30,955 nucleotides of DNA from assembly GCF_006345805.1 (NCBI RefSeq), contig NW_021832486.1, positions 1 to 30,955 on the forward strand, given 5' to 3'. The stretch comes from Octopus sinensis (lineage: Eukaryota). The first letter of the stretch is position 1, and every line of letters begins with the position of its first letter. The notes under the pieces are model-generated. The model was not told the origin of the DNA, ran no database searches, and saw only the letters and a program-made list of their open reading frames with translations. A program made the position numbers and the translations under genes. Shown here one piece after another: positions 1 to 11,066 of the stretch.

Positions 1-362
1 CACCCCTAACATCTGGCCACCTAACTCCCTCCCCAGACTGCAACCCCCTTGATTATTATGTGTGGGGTGCAGTTGAGCGAGAGACCAACAAAACTCCTCG
101 CAACACCAAAGATGGAACGAAGCAAGGATTATGCAGCATTCACCAACTTAAACAAGGAGACTGTCCAGAAGAGTTGCAGGATATTCCGAAATCGTCTACA
201 GACCGTGGATGAAGCCGATGGCAATTTTATTGAATAAATTTATTCTTTAGCTTTTCAAGATATTTTTAAGTAATTTTGGTAAATATTTCTGTTAAAATGA
301 GATGTCAGCATTATTTTCATTTTTACATAATTTAGACGACAATATATTCACCACACCCTGTA
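1..362 (+). mobile_element. Tc1/mariner-superfamily DNA transposon, 3' end (frameshifted transposase C-terminus, right TIR, TA target site)
   Basis: Joining frames gives TPNIWPPNS/PDCNPLDYYVWGAVERETNKTPRNTKD.../AAFTNLNKETVQKSCRIFRNRLQTVDEADGNFIE* (stop 235-237). WPPxSPDxNPLDYxVWG is the conserved motif around the third catalytic D of Tc1/mariner (maT/DD37D-like) transposases. The element ends ...CACCACACCCTG (360) followed by TA (361-362). Confidence 0.85.
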
Positions 363-559
363 TACATGTGTATATACATTATACACATTTATGTATAAAG
401 CTCTCTATGCCAGTATTTATACTTCATGATAATTACTGCATGCATGTTTGTGCATGTCTATACATCTATAAAGCTATCTATGTTTGTGTTTATGCTTAAT
501 TAGAAAATTTGTGCTGTGTGTACGTATATGTGCATGAATTTCTATATATGTGTGTATAA

Positions 560-661
560 ATGTATATATGAGTGTGTGTTATGTGTGTATATATATATAT
601 ATAATATATATATATATGTATATGTATGTTATATGTATATATATATATACATATATATATA

Positions 662-701
<40 letters not shown>

Positions 702-766
702 TATACATATATATATGATATATATAATATATATATGTATATATATATATGTATATATATATATAC

Positions 767-797
<31 letters not shown>

Positions 798-830
798 GTA
801 TATATATATATATATATAATATAAGGCCAT
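560..830. repeat. (TA)n microsatellite, interrupted, flanked by (TG)n-rich sequence
   Basis: Direct reading; it generates the YIYI ORFs. Confidence 0.95.
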
Positions 831-1264
831 TTGAATTTGTGATTATGTTTGAATATAATTTGCGTGCGTTTGCGTATTTCATTGTATGTGTGTGTACATA
901 TGTGTATGAATGTGAGTGTGTGTGTGTGTGTGTGTTTATGTGTATGCACGTATACATGTATGTGCGTGTAAGGCCATCTATGTTTACACTTACGTTCCAT
1001 TAGAATTAGTGTGCTTTCCGTGTGTATAGATATATATATGCTGTGTGGATGTGTGCAAATATGTGCTGGTATGTGTATGTGTGTGTGTGTGCAGGTGTGT
1101 ACCCATGTGTGTGTCTATACATGTTAATCTATGTGTATGTGTGCATGTATGTGTCTGTATATGGACGTATATATACGTGCGTATATATTTCAACAGAACT
1201 TTGTACTGTTTTTCAGTGTGTGTGTGTATACATATGTATGTATATGTGTATATCTTTGTGCGTG

Positions 1265-1274
1265 CCTGTGTTCC

Positions 1275-1315
<41 letters not shown>

Positions 1316-1470
1316 ATGTGTTCCTGTATGTGCGTGTGTGTAATGCCATTAGTAAGTTTATGTTCCAATATAAATTCTATATACATTCTTGCATATATTT
1401 ATGGAGTAAATTATCTCAGAAAAATCTTTTTTCTATTTCCTATTTTAAATTTAAATTATCAAAGCAGAAC

Positions 1471-1530
<60 letters not shown>

Positions 1531-1545
1531 CATACTCACTCACAC
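1265..1545. repeat. (TG)n and (CA)n microsatellite tracts
   Basis: (TG)n at about 1278-1315 and (CA)n at about 1473-1532. Confidence 0.9.
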
Positions 1546-1859
1546 ATTTCTCACCTACACACATCCAGTTACATGCTTTCTGTTGCATAATTATTGTATT
1601 TCTGATGAATGTGACAAAATAAATGAATGTACATATGTAAATATTGTTGCTGTTGCTGTTGTTGTCATTATTATTGTGCGTGTGCATGTGTGTGTGTGTT
1701 TTCTTTTCTATGAGAAATATGACAGCTGTATCTATTGTTTCATGTGGAATCATAAATCTTCCGTACGCAGTCTTCCACAGACATTTCCATTGTGCTTGTC
1801 TAATATATGCACATATATACACCCATACACACATCTCCGAATATAAAAGCATATATACA

Positions 1860-1874
1860 TATACAGAATATATA

Positions 1875-1934
<60 letters not shown>

Positions 1935-2175
1935 CCACACATATATATGCACACACTCATATATATATATATACACACATACACACATTTATATATATAC
2001 ACACATATACATATATATATACATGTATATACATATATATATACACACACACACATATATTATATATATATGTATGTATATATACACACACACACACAAC
2101 ATATATATATATTTATATAAACACACATATATATACATATATATATATTACATATATATATATATACATATATGT

Positions 2176-2221
<46 letters not shown>

Positions 2222-2235
2222 CACATGTGTATACA
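1860..2235. repeat. (TA)n/(CA)n compound microsatellite
   Basis: Direct reading. Confidence 0.95.
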
Positions 2236-2722
2236 TAATATTAGCTTGTGAAATTATCGCTGGCAGTCATTAAAAGTTGATCTATGTATGTGGTACGTTA
2301 CAGCGAGTGTTTATGGCAAGTGTGTGCATACAGGTTCCCAATTATAATTTACTGTGCATATTATTATTAGATGTTCTTATACAATGTTCGGATTCAGCAT
2401 TTCTGTACATGGCCAGTCCGTGCAAGTAAGACGACCAGAAGCAGCATCTGTTTATATGGGGAAACTTTATGTTTCGTCTTAACTTGCACACCTGCTGCTC
2501 CGTGCATCCATCTGCACCAATTCAAGAAACAGACAGACAGACAGACAGGTACAGACTGAGAGACGGAGATAGCCATCATACATAGATTGTACTGAACTGT
2601 TGTACATACTACATACATACATACATACACATCATATATGTATAAACACATATATACATACATGCACACATAGATGTCAATACATACACGAATACATATA
2701 CATACATACATACATACATACA

Positions 2723-2997
2723 TAAATCCTTAAATCCTTAAAAATGTTTTAGCCTGAAGGCCGCGGCCATGCTGGGGCACCACCGCTGAATGAGCTACAC
2801 TAGTTTGTGAATCCACCTCTGATACGTGGCACTTGATCAACAAGGGAGTTCGATGCTGCTGCCCGCATCCGTGTCTCCTGTCGGGAGGTAGGTTCATCTG
2901 GGACTCCCAACAAGAAGAGATCCAGTTTAGTTTTAAAGAAACCCACATCCACACCATGTAAGTCTCTCAGGCATTTAGGGAGGATGTTAAAAAACAG
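2723..2997 (-). mobile_element. CR1/L2-group LINE 3' end (ORF2 C-terminus, short 3' UTR, tail)
   Basis: Minus strand reads FNILPKCLRDLHGVDVGFFKTKLDLFLLGVPDEPTSRQETRMRAAASNSLVDQVPRIRGGFTN* (stop 2802-2800), resembling the FN.LP..LR...FK..LD.FL..VPD.P tail of CR1-like ORF2. It is followed by GGTGGTGCCCCAGCATGGCCGCGG...CTAAAAC and a repeated TAAGGATT tail. Confidence 0.75.
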
Positions 2998-3064
2998 ACT
3001 GAAACATGTATACTATATAACTCCATGCATATGTATACACACACACTTTTAGTCATATAGGTAC

Positions 3065-3076
3065 ATTATACATATA

Positions 3077-3110
<34 letters not shown>

Positions 3111-3327
3111 ATATATATATATATAGATATATATTACTATATATATACATAATATATATACATATATATATATATACACATATATATATACATACATATA
3201 TATACATATATATATACATACATACATATATATATACATATACATATACATATATATTATATACATACATATATATATATACATAATATATATATATATA
3301 CATACATATATATATATATATACATAC

Positions 3328-3391
<64 letters not shown>

Positions 3392-3430
3392 TACACACAC
3401 GCATATATATATATATATATATATACATGT
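3065..3430. repeat. (TA)n/(TACA)n/(CA)n compound microsatellite
   Basis: Direct reading. Confidence 0.95.
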
Positions 3431-3931
3431 ACAAACAAATGCACACACATGAATGAACACATCAACATTTTCTCACACACGGCTATAAATACATATGTGA
3501 ACAACCTAAGCCTATCTCTCTCTCTCCCCACCTCACACACACAAAACAATTTCATAACAGCTGGGTATGTGAGTTTTGGGAAGAAACCTTAGTTTCCAGT
3601 TAATAAAAATAGATTTCTTTTCACTTCAAAGCTAGTTATATACCGACAGTATATACCTACAGATACATATATTTTATGATTTGGTAATACTAGTAACCAG
3701 TTATCAGAACTTAGTACATATATGCTTTAGAATAAAGTGTTTCATGAATAGAGAGCATAATTTTGATTATGGAATGACAAGGTAACAGGAATTGCATAAG
3801 CAACTTCATTAGCTTACAGTTGTTTCTGCAATGAGAAGTACTGCGTTCAGAGCTGAGTGTTTGTGCAACATGTTTTAGCTTCTTCAGAACCATTCTATTT
3901 GTATGATATACATATGCATAATATATATATA

Positions 3932-4231
3932 TCACCGTGACCGATCAGGCTATCAGATGTTGCTACACATTGCTGGTCACAATGCGCTTCGCATGTCTTT
4001 AGCCTTCAAATGACGCCACCCCACTGGCTAAGCGAGCAGGCCAACAGAAGAAAGTGTGAGAGAAAGTTGTGGTGAAAGAGTACAGCAGGGATCAACACCC
4101 CCTGCCAGAGCCTCGTGGAGCTTTAGGTGTTTTCGCTCAATAAACACTCACAACGCCCGGTCTGGGAATCGAAACCACGATCCTACGACCGCAAGTTCGC
4201 TGTCCTAACCACTGGGACATTGTGTGCCTCC
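3932..4231 (-). mobile_element. tRNA-derived SINE (family F), inserted in (TA)n
   Basis: Minus-strand head GGAGGCACACAATGTCCCAGTGGTTAGGACAGCG...GTGGTTTCGATTCCCAGACC with A-box and B-box-like motifs. Its 5' half is homologous to the SINE at 12349-12620. TA repeats lie on both flanks. Confidence 0.85.
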
Positions 4232-4332
4232 AATATATATATATATTATATATTATATAATATATATATATATATATATATACACCAAATATCTATTTAA
4301 ATGTGAAACTATATTTTCATTTACAGAATAAG

Positions 4333-4725
4333 TGCAGGTATGTTTGTGTGATAAGAAGCATGCTTCCCAAACACATGGTTCTGAGTTCTGTCCCACTGTG
4401 TGGCACTCGGGCAAGCCTCTTCTACTATAGCTCTGCTCTGACCAAAGCCATGTGAGTGGATGTGGTAGATAGAAACTGAAAGAAGCCCATCGTACAGATA
4501 TATGTGTATGTGTCTGTCTGTCTGTCCTCCACCACTGCTTGACAACTGGTGCCGGTGTGTTTATACCCCCATAACTTAGTAGTTTGGCAAAAGAGACCAA
4601 TAGAATAAGCACTAGGCTTATAACGATAATAAGTATAAAGATCAGTTTGACTAAAGTTCCTCAGGTAGTGCCCCAGCATGGCCATAGTCTAATGGCTGAA
4701 ACAAGTAAAAGATAAAAGATAAAAG
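4333..4725 (+). mobile_element. tRNA-derived SINE, family B, full length
   Basis: Matches copies at 18785-19209, 22107-22539 and 28037-28459 (GTTCnGTCCCACTG.GTGGCAC, ACCAAAGCC.TGTGAGTGGAT.TGGTAGA, GCTTGACAAC, CCAGCATGGCC, CTGAAAC), with a (GATAAAA)n tail. Confidence 0.85.
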
Positions 4726-4844
4726 ACTCTTTAATTAATACCGATATCAATATTAATTAATAAACTTTGGTAAATGAATATTCCAACTGTTACATTAACA
4801 ATAAATTCTCATGGGGCATTCAACCATGTGGTACTGCAAAGTGG

Positions 4845-4985
4845 TCATGCAATCAGCTAGAAACAGCTACCAAATCCCTTCAGTAACACCCTTTCTATCT
4901 TAAAACAAAATTGATATCAGACAACAGAAAACTTTTGATCATGGTTCTGATAAACTAGCATTGGCCTCGGGCTGAAGAACACGAG
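4845..4985 (+). repeat. Degenerate interspersed repeat (family E) fragment
   Basis: CAGCTAGAAACAGCTACCAAAT...ACACCCTTTCTATCTTAAAA resembles the reverse complement of 10190-10240 and the motif at about 30757-30775. Confidence 0.4.
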
Positions 4986-5263
4986 AAACATATCAATCAT
5001 TTCACAACAGAATTCACGCTGATTTTACAATAAGGAACCGTGTAAAAATATTTCTCTGCCAACTAAACGATTCCTGCATCACAAATGACTCCCATGATTC
5101 GTAAAATACTTTTGCTGAGCAGCTAAGCAAAAAGCAGACTTAAGATAATTACTGCTGATGTTCAACAAAGCAAGATGTCCCACAGTGAGCTGAGGTTTGC
5201 GTGAGAATTGTCTCACCTCAGTACAAACTCCATACATAATAGCTAAACTATATATGAATATAT

Positions 5264-5482
5264 ATTTCTTTATTGCCCACAAGGGGCTAAACATAGAGGA
5301 GACAAACAAGGAAAGACAAGGGATTAAGTCAATTACATAGACCCCGGTGCGAAACTGGTACTTTATTTATCGACCCCGAAAGGATGAAAGGCAAAGTCGA
5401 CCTCGGCGGAATTTGAACTCAGAACGTAACGGCAGACGAAATACGGCTACGCATTTCGCCCGACGCGCTAACGTTTCTGCCA
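5264..5482 (-). mobile_element. tRNA-derived SINE, family A, young copy
   Basis: Reverse complement of TGGCAGAAACGTTAGC...GTTCTGAGTTCAAATTCCGCCGAGGTCGACTTTGCCTTTCATCCTTTCGGGGTCGATAAATAAAGTACCAG...TTAGCCCCTTGTGGGCAATAAAGAAATA; highly similar to the copies at 15507-16083. Confidence 0.9.
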
Positions 5483-5675
5483 CTTCGGTGCTTTTATATT
5501 AATATAGCACTGACAGTGCATGCATGTGTGTGTGTGTTTGTGCATTGATGCGTCGGTGTGTGCAGTGGTAAAACCCTGTGACGGAAATAAATATAGACTG
5601 GTTTTCAGTCCACCCATTAACCCTTTCCCTATCCGCCGCCACTTCCTTAAACAAACCATTTCAAAGTGTTTATAT

Positions 5676-5880
5676 TTAACCCTTTAGTATTTCGACTATT
5701 CTGTCAAATGTAATGCTTATTTATTCACATTCGTTTCAATTAATCCTGCATTATCTCATGGCTTTGAGAATCCAATGAAGTGATTATTTCGATGGTTTAT
5801 TTTTAGAATGACATTCCAGGGAGGTTGTCAGCAGCTGGTTCTGGCCAGTTTGAACGTGAAACAGGTAGAACATCTGGGAT
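5676..5880 (+). mobile_element. piggyBac-type MITE, right end missing
   Basis: Starts TTAA-CCCTTTAG and is homologous along its length to the complete copy at 20126-20354; no right TIR. Confidence 0.7.
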
Positions 5881-6399
5881 AAATAGAATTAGTCTAAATT
5901 AAAATCTGCCACCGTAACTTTCTTTAAGAACATTTTCTTGTTTCACATTCCACTTGGTTTGGAAATTGATGAGAGCGTCAGACAGAATACGTAACAGTAT
6001 TTATTATGGCTCCTTGTGCTCCAAGTTCAAATCTCACCTTGGCCTACCTGAGTGAAAGACATGATCAATCACTTTAACATTCCCCTCCTCCCACCTGACC
6101 CTTCAGTCAAGTTCACTTTAATAAAAACATTCAGGGCAGATCTCCCCTTCTCTTCTTGTACCCCCTCCCTACTGCCTCACTCTCTACCAGCCTCCCTCTA
6201 GTTTCAGAAGCCCTAAAATTAAAAACATGACCCCTCTCTCTCCCTTTTCCCTAACATTCTTCCTTTCCTAGCCCACCCCCTCCTCACAAGTCTTGGAGTC
6301 CCTATAAAATATCATGGCCCCCATCTTATTCCCTTTTTCCCTTCATATCCTTCCAGGAGTTTTTCTCTCCCAGCAGACTTGGAGACCCTAAAAAGCAAA

Positions 6400-6715
6400 A
6401 ATAAGGACCACAATCCTTTCCCCCCCGTCTCTACATCCTTTCCTCTCCAAAAAGGACCATGACCCCCCCTCCCACCTTCTCCTACCCTATTACCCCCTCT
6501 CTCTCTCTCTCTACATCCTTTCCTCTCCAGCTCCCAACCTCCAGTTTTTCAAATCCTTAAAAAAAAGGACCATGACCCCTCCAACCTTCTCCTACCCTAT
6601 TACCCCTCCTCTCTCTCTCTCTCTCTCTACATCCTTTCCTCTCCAGCTCCTAACATCCAGTTTTGCAAATCCTTAAAACGAACCATGCCCTCCTCTCCTA
6701 CCCTACTGCCCTCTT
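6400..6715. repeat. Degenerate ~113-115 bp pyrimidine-rich tandem repeat (~2.5 copies)
   Basis: AGGACCATGACCCC at 6453 and 6566 (variant near 6679); TACATCCTTTCCTCTCCA at about 6432, 6512 and 6627. Confidence 0.75.
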
Positions 6716-7282
6716 TCCATCCCAACTAAGCAATAGAAAGCAAAAAAAAAAAAAAGAAAAGCCATCCTACTAACTTCACAACGAAGAATAAAACAAATAA
6801 CCATTTTAGTAAATCCCTTTAAATTATTGATTATTTTTTCCAAATTAAACCCCAAGCCTTTATCATCAGAAATCTGGTGACAAAACGGTTAAGCTATATT
6901 TGTTATCCTCCCAGAATCTTGTTGCTTGTCATTTTGATTCCTTCCTTCATTTTTCATTTCGTTAACCGAATCTTGACGCTATTTACTTCTCACATTCTTC
7001 TTCATTTTTTTCAATCCATTTATCTCTTTTTTATTTCTTCTCTCATCAATTTTTCTCCTCCTATTTCTTTTTTTTTTTAATTTTTTGGTGGGACTTTTAT
7101 TGCTATGCTTATGGCTTTCTGGCATATGTAGTTAATCTGCTTGTATTTTCCAGTTTGCATGTAGTTACCGATTCTATTTTCGTAACAGATTTTTCTTTTC
7201 GTATTATTTTGATTTCTCTTAACAGTTTTTTTTTAATGTTTTTTGGTTTCCTTACATTTCACTATTTTCTGTGTTGTTGTAA

Positions 7283-7326
7283 TTATTCTTATTATCATCA
7301 CTATCATTATTATTATTGTTATTATT

Positions 7327-7363
<37 letters not shown>

Positions 7364-7413
7364 CATCACTATCATTATTATTATTATTATTATTATCATC
7401 ACTATCATTATTA

Positions 7414-7468
<55 letters not shown>

Positions 7469-7476
7469 CATCACTA

Positions 7477-7516
<40 letters not shown>

Positions 7517-7545
7517 CATTGTTATCATCAATATTACTATTAGTA
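7283..7545. repeat. (ATT)n/(ATC)n trinucleotide tract with recurring ATCATCACTATC interruptions
   Basis: Direct reading; it produces the poly-I/poly-L/poly-Y ORFs. Confidence 0.95.
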
Positions 7546-8061
7546 AATAGAGGCTACAATCATTTCTTTATTTGCTTACACCGAACTGGCATTTTCCCAG
7601 AGAGTAACTTTCAAAAGTGTGCAGTCCTAATATTGTCATATTCAAGAATCTTGTCCCAGTGTCTTTCCTTATTGCTGATTTGTCAATACCACAGCCGAGA
7701 AAGAATTGAAAAGTAAATAATACACGCATTGTTTACATTCCACAGTAAGTTCAGTTTCATAGCTGAGCTCCTGTAAAGTCTTTTACTTTCCTATTCTCTC
7801 TCCTTTAGAAAACCTCGTGTATACATTCTATTGTGAGTGCAATTATCAGTTCACTATTGTCATCTTAATTGCGTAAGCATTATGGTTTGGCGGGAAATGG
7901 AACAGATGAAGTGACTTTGGTAGTAAAATACTAGATTCGCCGTTTCATAGCAGCATTACGTTTGGTTAAATAGAGCATTGTTAGGAAGTTAACTCTATTT
8001 TGGAACATAGGTTGTGAGTTTAACCTTATCTAAGAGCAATAAAATAAGCACCTCTCAGGCA

Positions 8062-8089
8062 AATAATAATAGTAATGATAATAATAATA

Positions 8090-8147
<58 letters not shown>
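8062..8147. repeat. (TAA)n microsatellite
   Basis: Direct reading. Confidence 0.95.
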
Positions 8148-8149
<2 letters not shown>

Positions 8150-8548
8150 CACTCTCAAGTTATCTGAATGAAATGAAAAAATGAACAGCAGCAACAACAA
8201 CAGTGCAAGTGACAGTAATAATGCTATCTTTTACACAGAGAAATGGTGCCAACCATTGTACGACAGCAACATATATGGCTGTCCATGTACCAAGTGACTT
8301 GTGGTGCTACAATGTTACGCAATTATAATGTCATGCATTTATTTTTTTTATTATTATTATTATTATTTTGTTCTTTTGCAAGAATAGCAGCAACAGGAAG
8401 AGGAATGGTGCCCTGGCCAAAGTTCAGTTCTACTATTCCTCCTCCTCCTCCTCCTATCGGAAAATGGTGCCATTAAAAGTAGGTGAGGAAACAATTTTAC
8501 GGAACAGCATTGTTGATGTTATCATCATCATCACCATTATTATTATTA

Positions 8549-8592
<44 letters not shown>

Positions 8593-8593
<1 letters not shown>

Positions 8594-8810
8594 GGCAATG
8601 AACTGGAAGAATTGTTAGCATGCTGGGCAAAATGCTTAGCAGCATTTTGTCATTCTTTACATTCTGAGTTCAAATCCTGCTGAGGTTGACTTTGTCTTTC
8701 ATTCTTTCGGGGTTGACAAAACAAGTACCAGTTGCATACTGGGTTGATCTAATTGACTTAACCCTTGGCCCAAAATTGCTGGCCTTGTGTCAAAATTTAC
8801 AACCAATATT
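8593..8810 (+). mobile_element. SINE family A, diverged copy, preceded by (ATT)n
   Basis: TTCTGAGTTCAAATCCTGCTGAGGTTGACTTTGTCTTTCATTCTTTCGGGGTTGAC core; 3' end GGCCTTGTGTCAAAATTT. Confidence 0.8.
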
Positions 8811-8838
8811 GTAATTATTGTTGTTGTTGTTGTTACTA

Positions 8839-9371
8839 AGTGAGAAAGCAATGCCTGCCATCAAAGTGACACTGGGGTAAAATACACAAAACCCAATATA
8901 CCTATCATGACTACCCAACTACCCTAAGGATGCATCAGGCACATGCATCATAATCATATGTGCACAACATGGTGATCTCACATCAAGATTAACAGAGCAT
9001 GACCTTGCAGATGTGGCCCAGTTAGAATTTTCTTCAGATCAAATAGCCCATCCTACTCAAAAAGTCCCTGAATAAAGGTCGTTTAAAGATGATGAACAAA
9101 AGACCCCAGTTTCCAGGGGTGAATTATTCAAACCCCAAAGAATTTCTCTCAACACATGGTTATGATGTTTTCCGCCCCACCATTTCTGCTCAGAGATGCT
9201 CATATCATCATCAGCCACTAAGGGACATGCTCAACTGGTTAAGGTCAAACAACTGACAAGCAAGTCTGTGGTATTGAGTAGAATATTTGCTGTAGGCCAT
9301 AAGACAAAACAATTTACATGATAACACTTCCAATCAGTTAAGATCAGAAGTCACGAGGGCTGCTGCCTGGT
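8839..9371 (-). mobile_element. Unclassified non-LTR retroposon, family D (~530 bp)
   Basis: Colinear homology with 27086-27571 (GCCATCAAA, CCAGGCACATGCATCA, GTCCCTGAATAA, CAGCCACTAAGGGA, CAAACAACTGACAAGCAA). A simple-repeat tail lies at the left end, which is the minus-strand 3' end. Confidence 0.75.
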
Positions 9372-9544
9372 GATGGCAAGCTGGCAGAAATGTTACCTTG
9401 TTGAAATTCTGCCTAGGTCGATTTTGCCTTTCCATCCTTTTGCGGTTGATGAAATAAGTACCGGTCAAGCACTGGGGTCAGTGTAACCAACTAGCCCCCT
9501 CCTGCAAAACTGCAGGTCTTGTGCCTATAGTAGAAAGGATTATT
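9372..9544 (+). mobile_element. SINE family A, internally deleted copy
   Basis: GCTGGCAGAAATGTTA head; GGTCGATTTTGCCTTTCCATCCTTTT core; tail GTGCCTATAGTAGAAAGGATTATT. Confidence 0.75.
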
Positions 9545-9844
9545 GCTGTTGTATACCCCTCCTGATAAAAAGTGGTAGGAACCAGCCATTATAAATAAAC
9601 CAGTAACTGGTCAAGAGAGGGTCAAGAGTTAAAGAGTTGAGAGTCAACAGTTCTAGTCGGTGTCTTGTGGAGTTATCAGCGATAGTAAGAGAGAAGTTAG
9701 TGTATTACTGTTCTGGTACGAAGAGATACAACAGTATCCGATGACTAGTAACTAATGTGGCTACTAGTATGAAATAGCAACTACAGTACAATGGCAGTCA
9801 CACATCACACCAGTGGGAGGAACTCACTTCACACCAATTATCAA

Positions 9845-10052
9845 AGCAGCAGGCTGGCAAAATAACTAGCATGTCAGACAAATGTTTTCCAGTTTGATAT
9901 TCTGAGTTCAAATTACACCAAGGTTGGCTTTACTTTGCATCCTTCCAGGGTTAATAAAACATGGACTTGTTGGATACTGGGGGTTGATATAACCAACTAA
10001 CTCCCTTCTGCAAAATTTCAGGCCTTATGCATATAGTAAAAAGGATTATTAT
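9845..10052 (+). mobile_element. SINE family A, old diverged copy
   Basis: TTCTGAGTTCAAATTACACCAAGGTTGGCTTT core; tail AAAATTTCAGGCCTTATGCATATAGTAAAAAGGATTATT. Confidence 0.7.
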
Positions 10053-10061
10053 TGTAGTTGT

Positions 10062-10250
10062 TTGTTGTTGTTGCTGCTGAGTAACCCTGATCAAATAGAG
10101 TTATGATCAAGTATAACCCAACTATGACCATCCTGTCATTTTCCTAGACACAGTAAAGCCAGAACCACATTATCCAATAGTGACCTTCTTTTCTTAGAAT
10201 ATAGGGTATGATCAGATGAAAGTTTAACTGCTATTTCTGGCATATTAAGT
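10062..10250 (-). repeat. Degenerate interspersed repeat (family E), with (AAC)n tail on minus strand
   Basis: Its reverse complement resembles 4845-4985; (GTT)n lies at the left end. Confidence 0.4.
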
Positions 10251-10488
10251 GTCCATATATAAGCTCCACAAGACTTCACCACTGTGATGGTTTAACTGAC
10301 ACCTCATAGTGCAACCATTGTTTGGAATGGTGAAGTCTGCAACACCTAACAGTGGCCCGGCAACATCCTTCATTCCCAGAGGCAAAGATAATCATAATTA
10401 TGGTGTTCTCACTTTAATTAACAAACATGATTAATTAATCTCATTTTAATTAACAGATGTGGTTAACAAAAGGAAATTCAGCATCTCT

Positions 10489-10730
10489 TTAACCCTTTCG
10501 GCGCCAACCTCTCCCAGACCATTCCTAGTTCTATGATACAAGATTCCTGTTTTAAAGAAATCCAAATTCAGACCTTAAAATGAAAATTAAATTTTGGTGG
10601 AAGGTTTGAATTTCTTCCAAATTCCAGCTTAACAGTGACAATGTCGTTTTACCAAATTCTTCATTATTTCCTAAATTAACCGAAACAAAGTTTGTGTAGT
10701 TTGAAAGAAGGATGGTAACAAAAGGGTTAA
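10489..10730. mobile_element. piggyBac-type MITE (second family), complete
   Basis: TTAA(10489-92)-CCCTTTCGGCGCCA...TGGTAACAAAAGGG-TTAA(10727-30): imperfect ~14-bp TIRs starting CCC, with a TTAA target duplication. Confidence 0.75.
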
Positions 10731-10904
10731 ACCAATGCCCTGAGGGTAACTGCCCTCCTTTTGCCCTTCACTCTTACTATGCCCCTGGCACAGGACTTGG
10801 CAGCTGAGGATTAGGCACAGAACATCCCGAATCACACAACAAAAAACTTGCCACTCTTTCAGTCTGTTGTGGAATACATTTTTGGCCCAGCTCTGAGCAA
10901 CTTT

Positions 10905-11033
10905 TAGTAGTAGCAGCAGTAGAAGCAGCAGCAGCAGTATTATTATTATTATTATTAGTAGTAGTAGTAGTAGTAGTAGTAGCAGCAGCAGCAGGACTAG
11001 TAGTAGTAGTAGTAGTAGCAGCAGCAGCAGGAC

Positions 11034-11066
<33 letters not shown>

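Noticed and set aside
4140-4231. tRNA-like sequences here and at 12349-12420, 15507-15590 and 18563-18635
   Set aside because: They continue into SINE bodies and lack a complete cloverleaf, so they are SINE heads rather than tRNA genes.
1601-4995. Other CUGAnGA motifs (1602, about 4973; also about 16363)
   Set aside because: No pairable stem II followed by GAAA and no closing stem I, so they are not hammerheads.
7580-7674. Candidate minus-strand exon (IRKDTGTRFLNMTILGLHTFESYSLGKCQFG) with GTAAGC donor
   Set aside because: No recognisable protein motif, and open frames of this length arise by chance.
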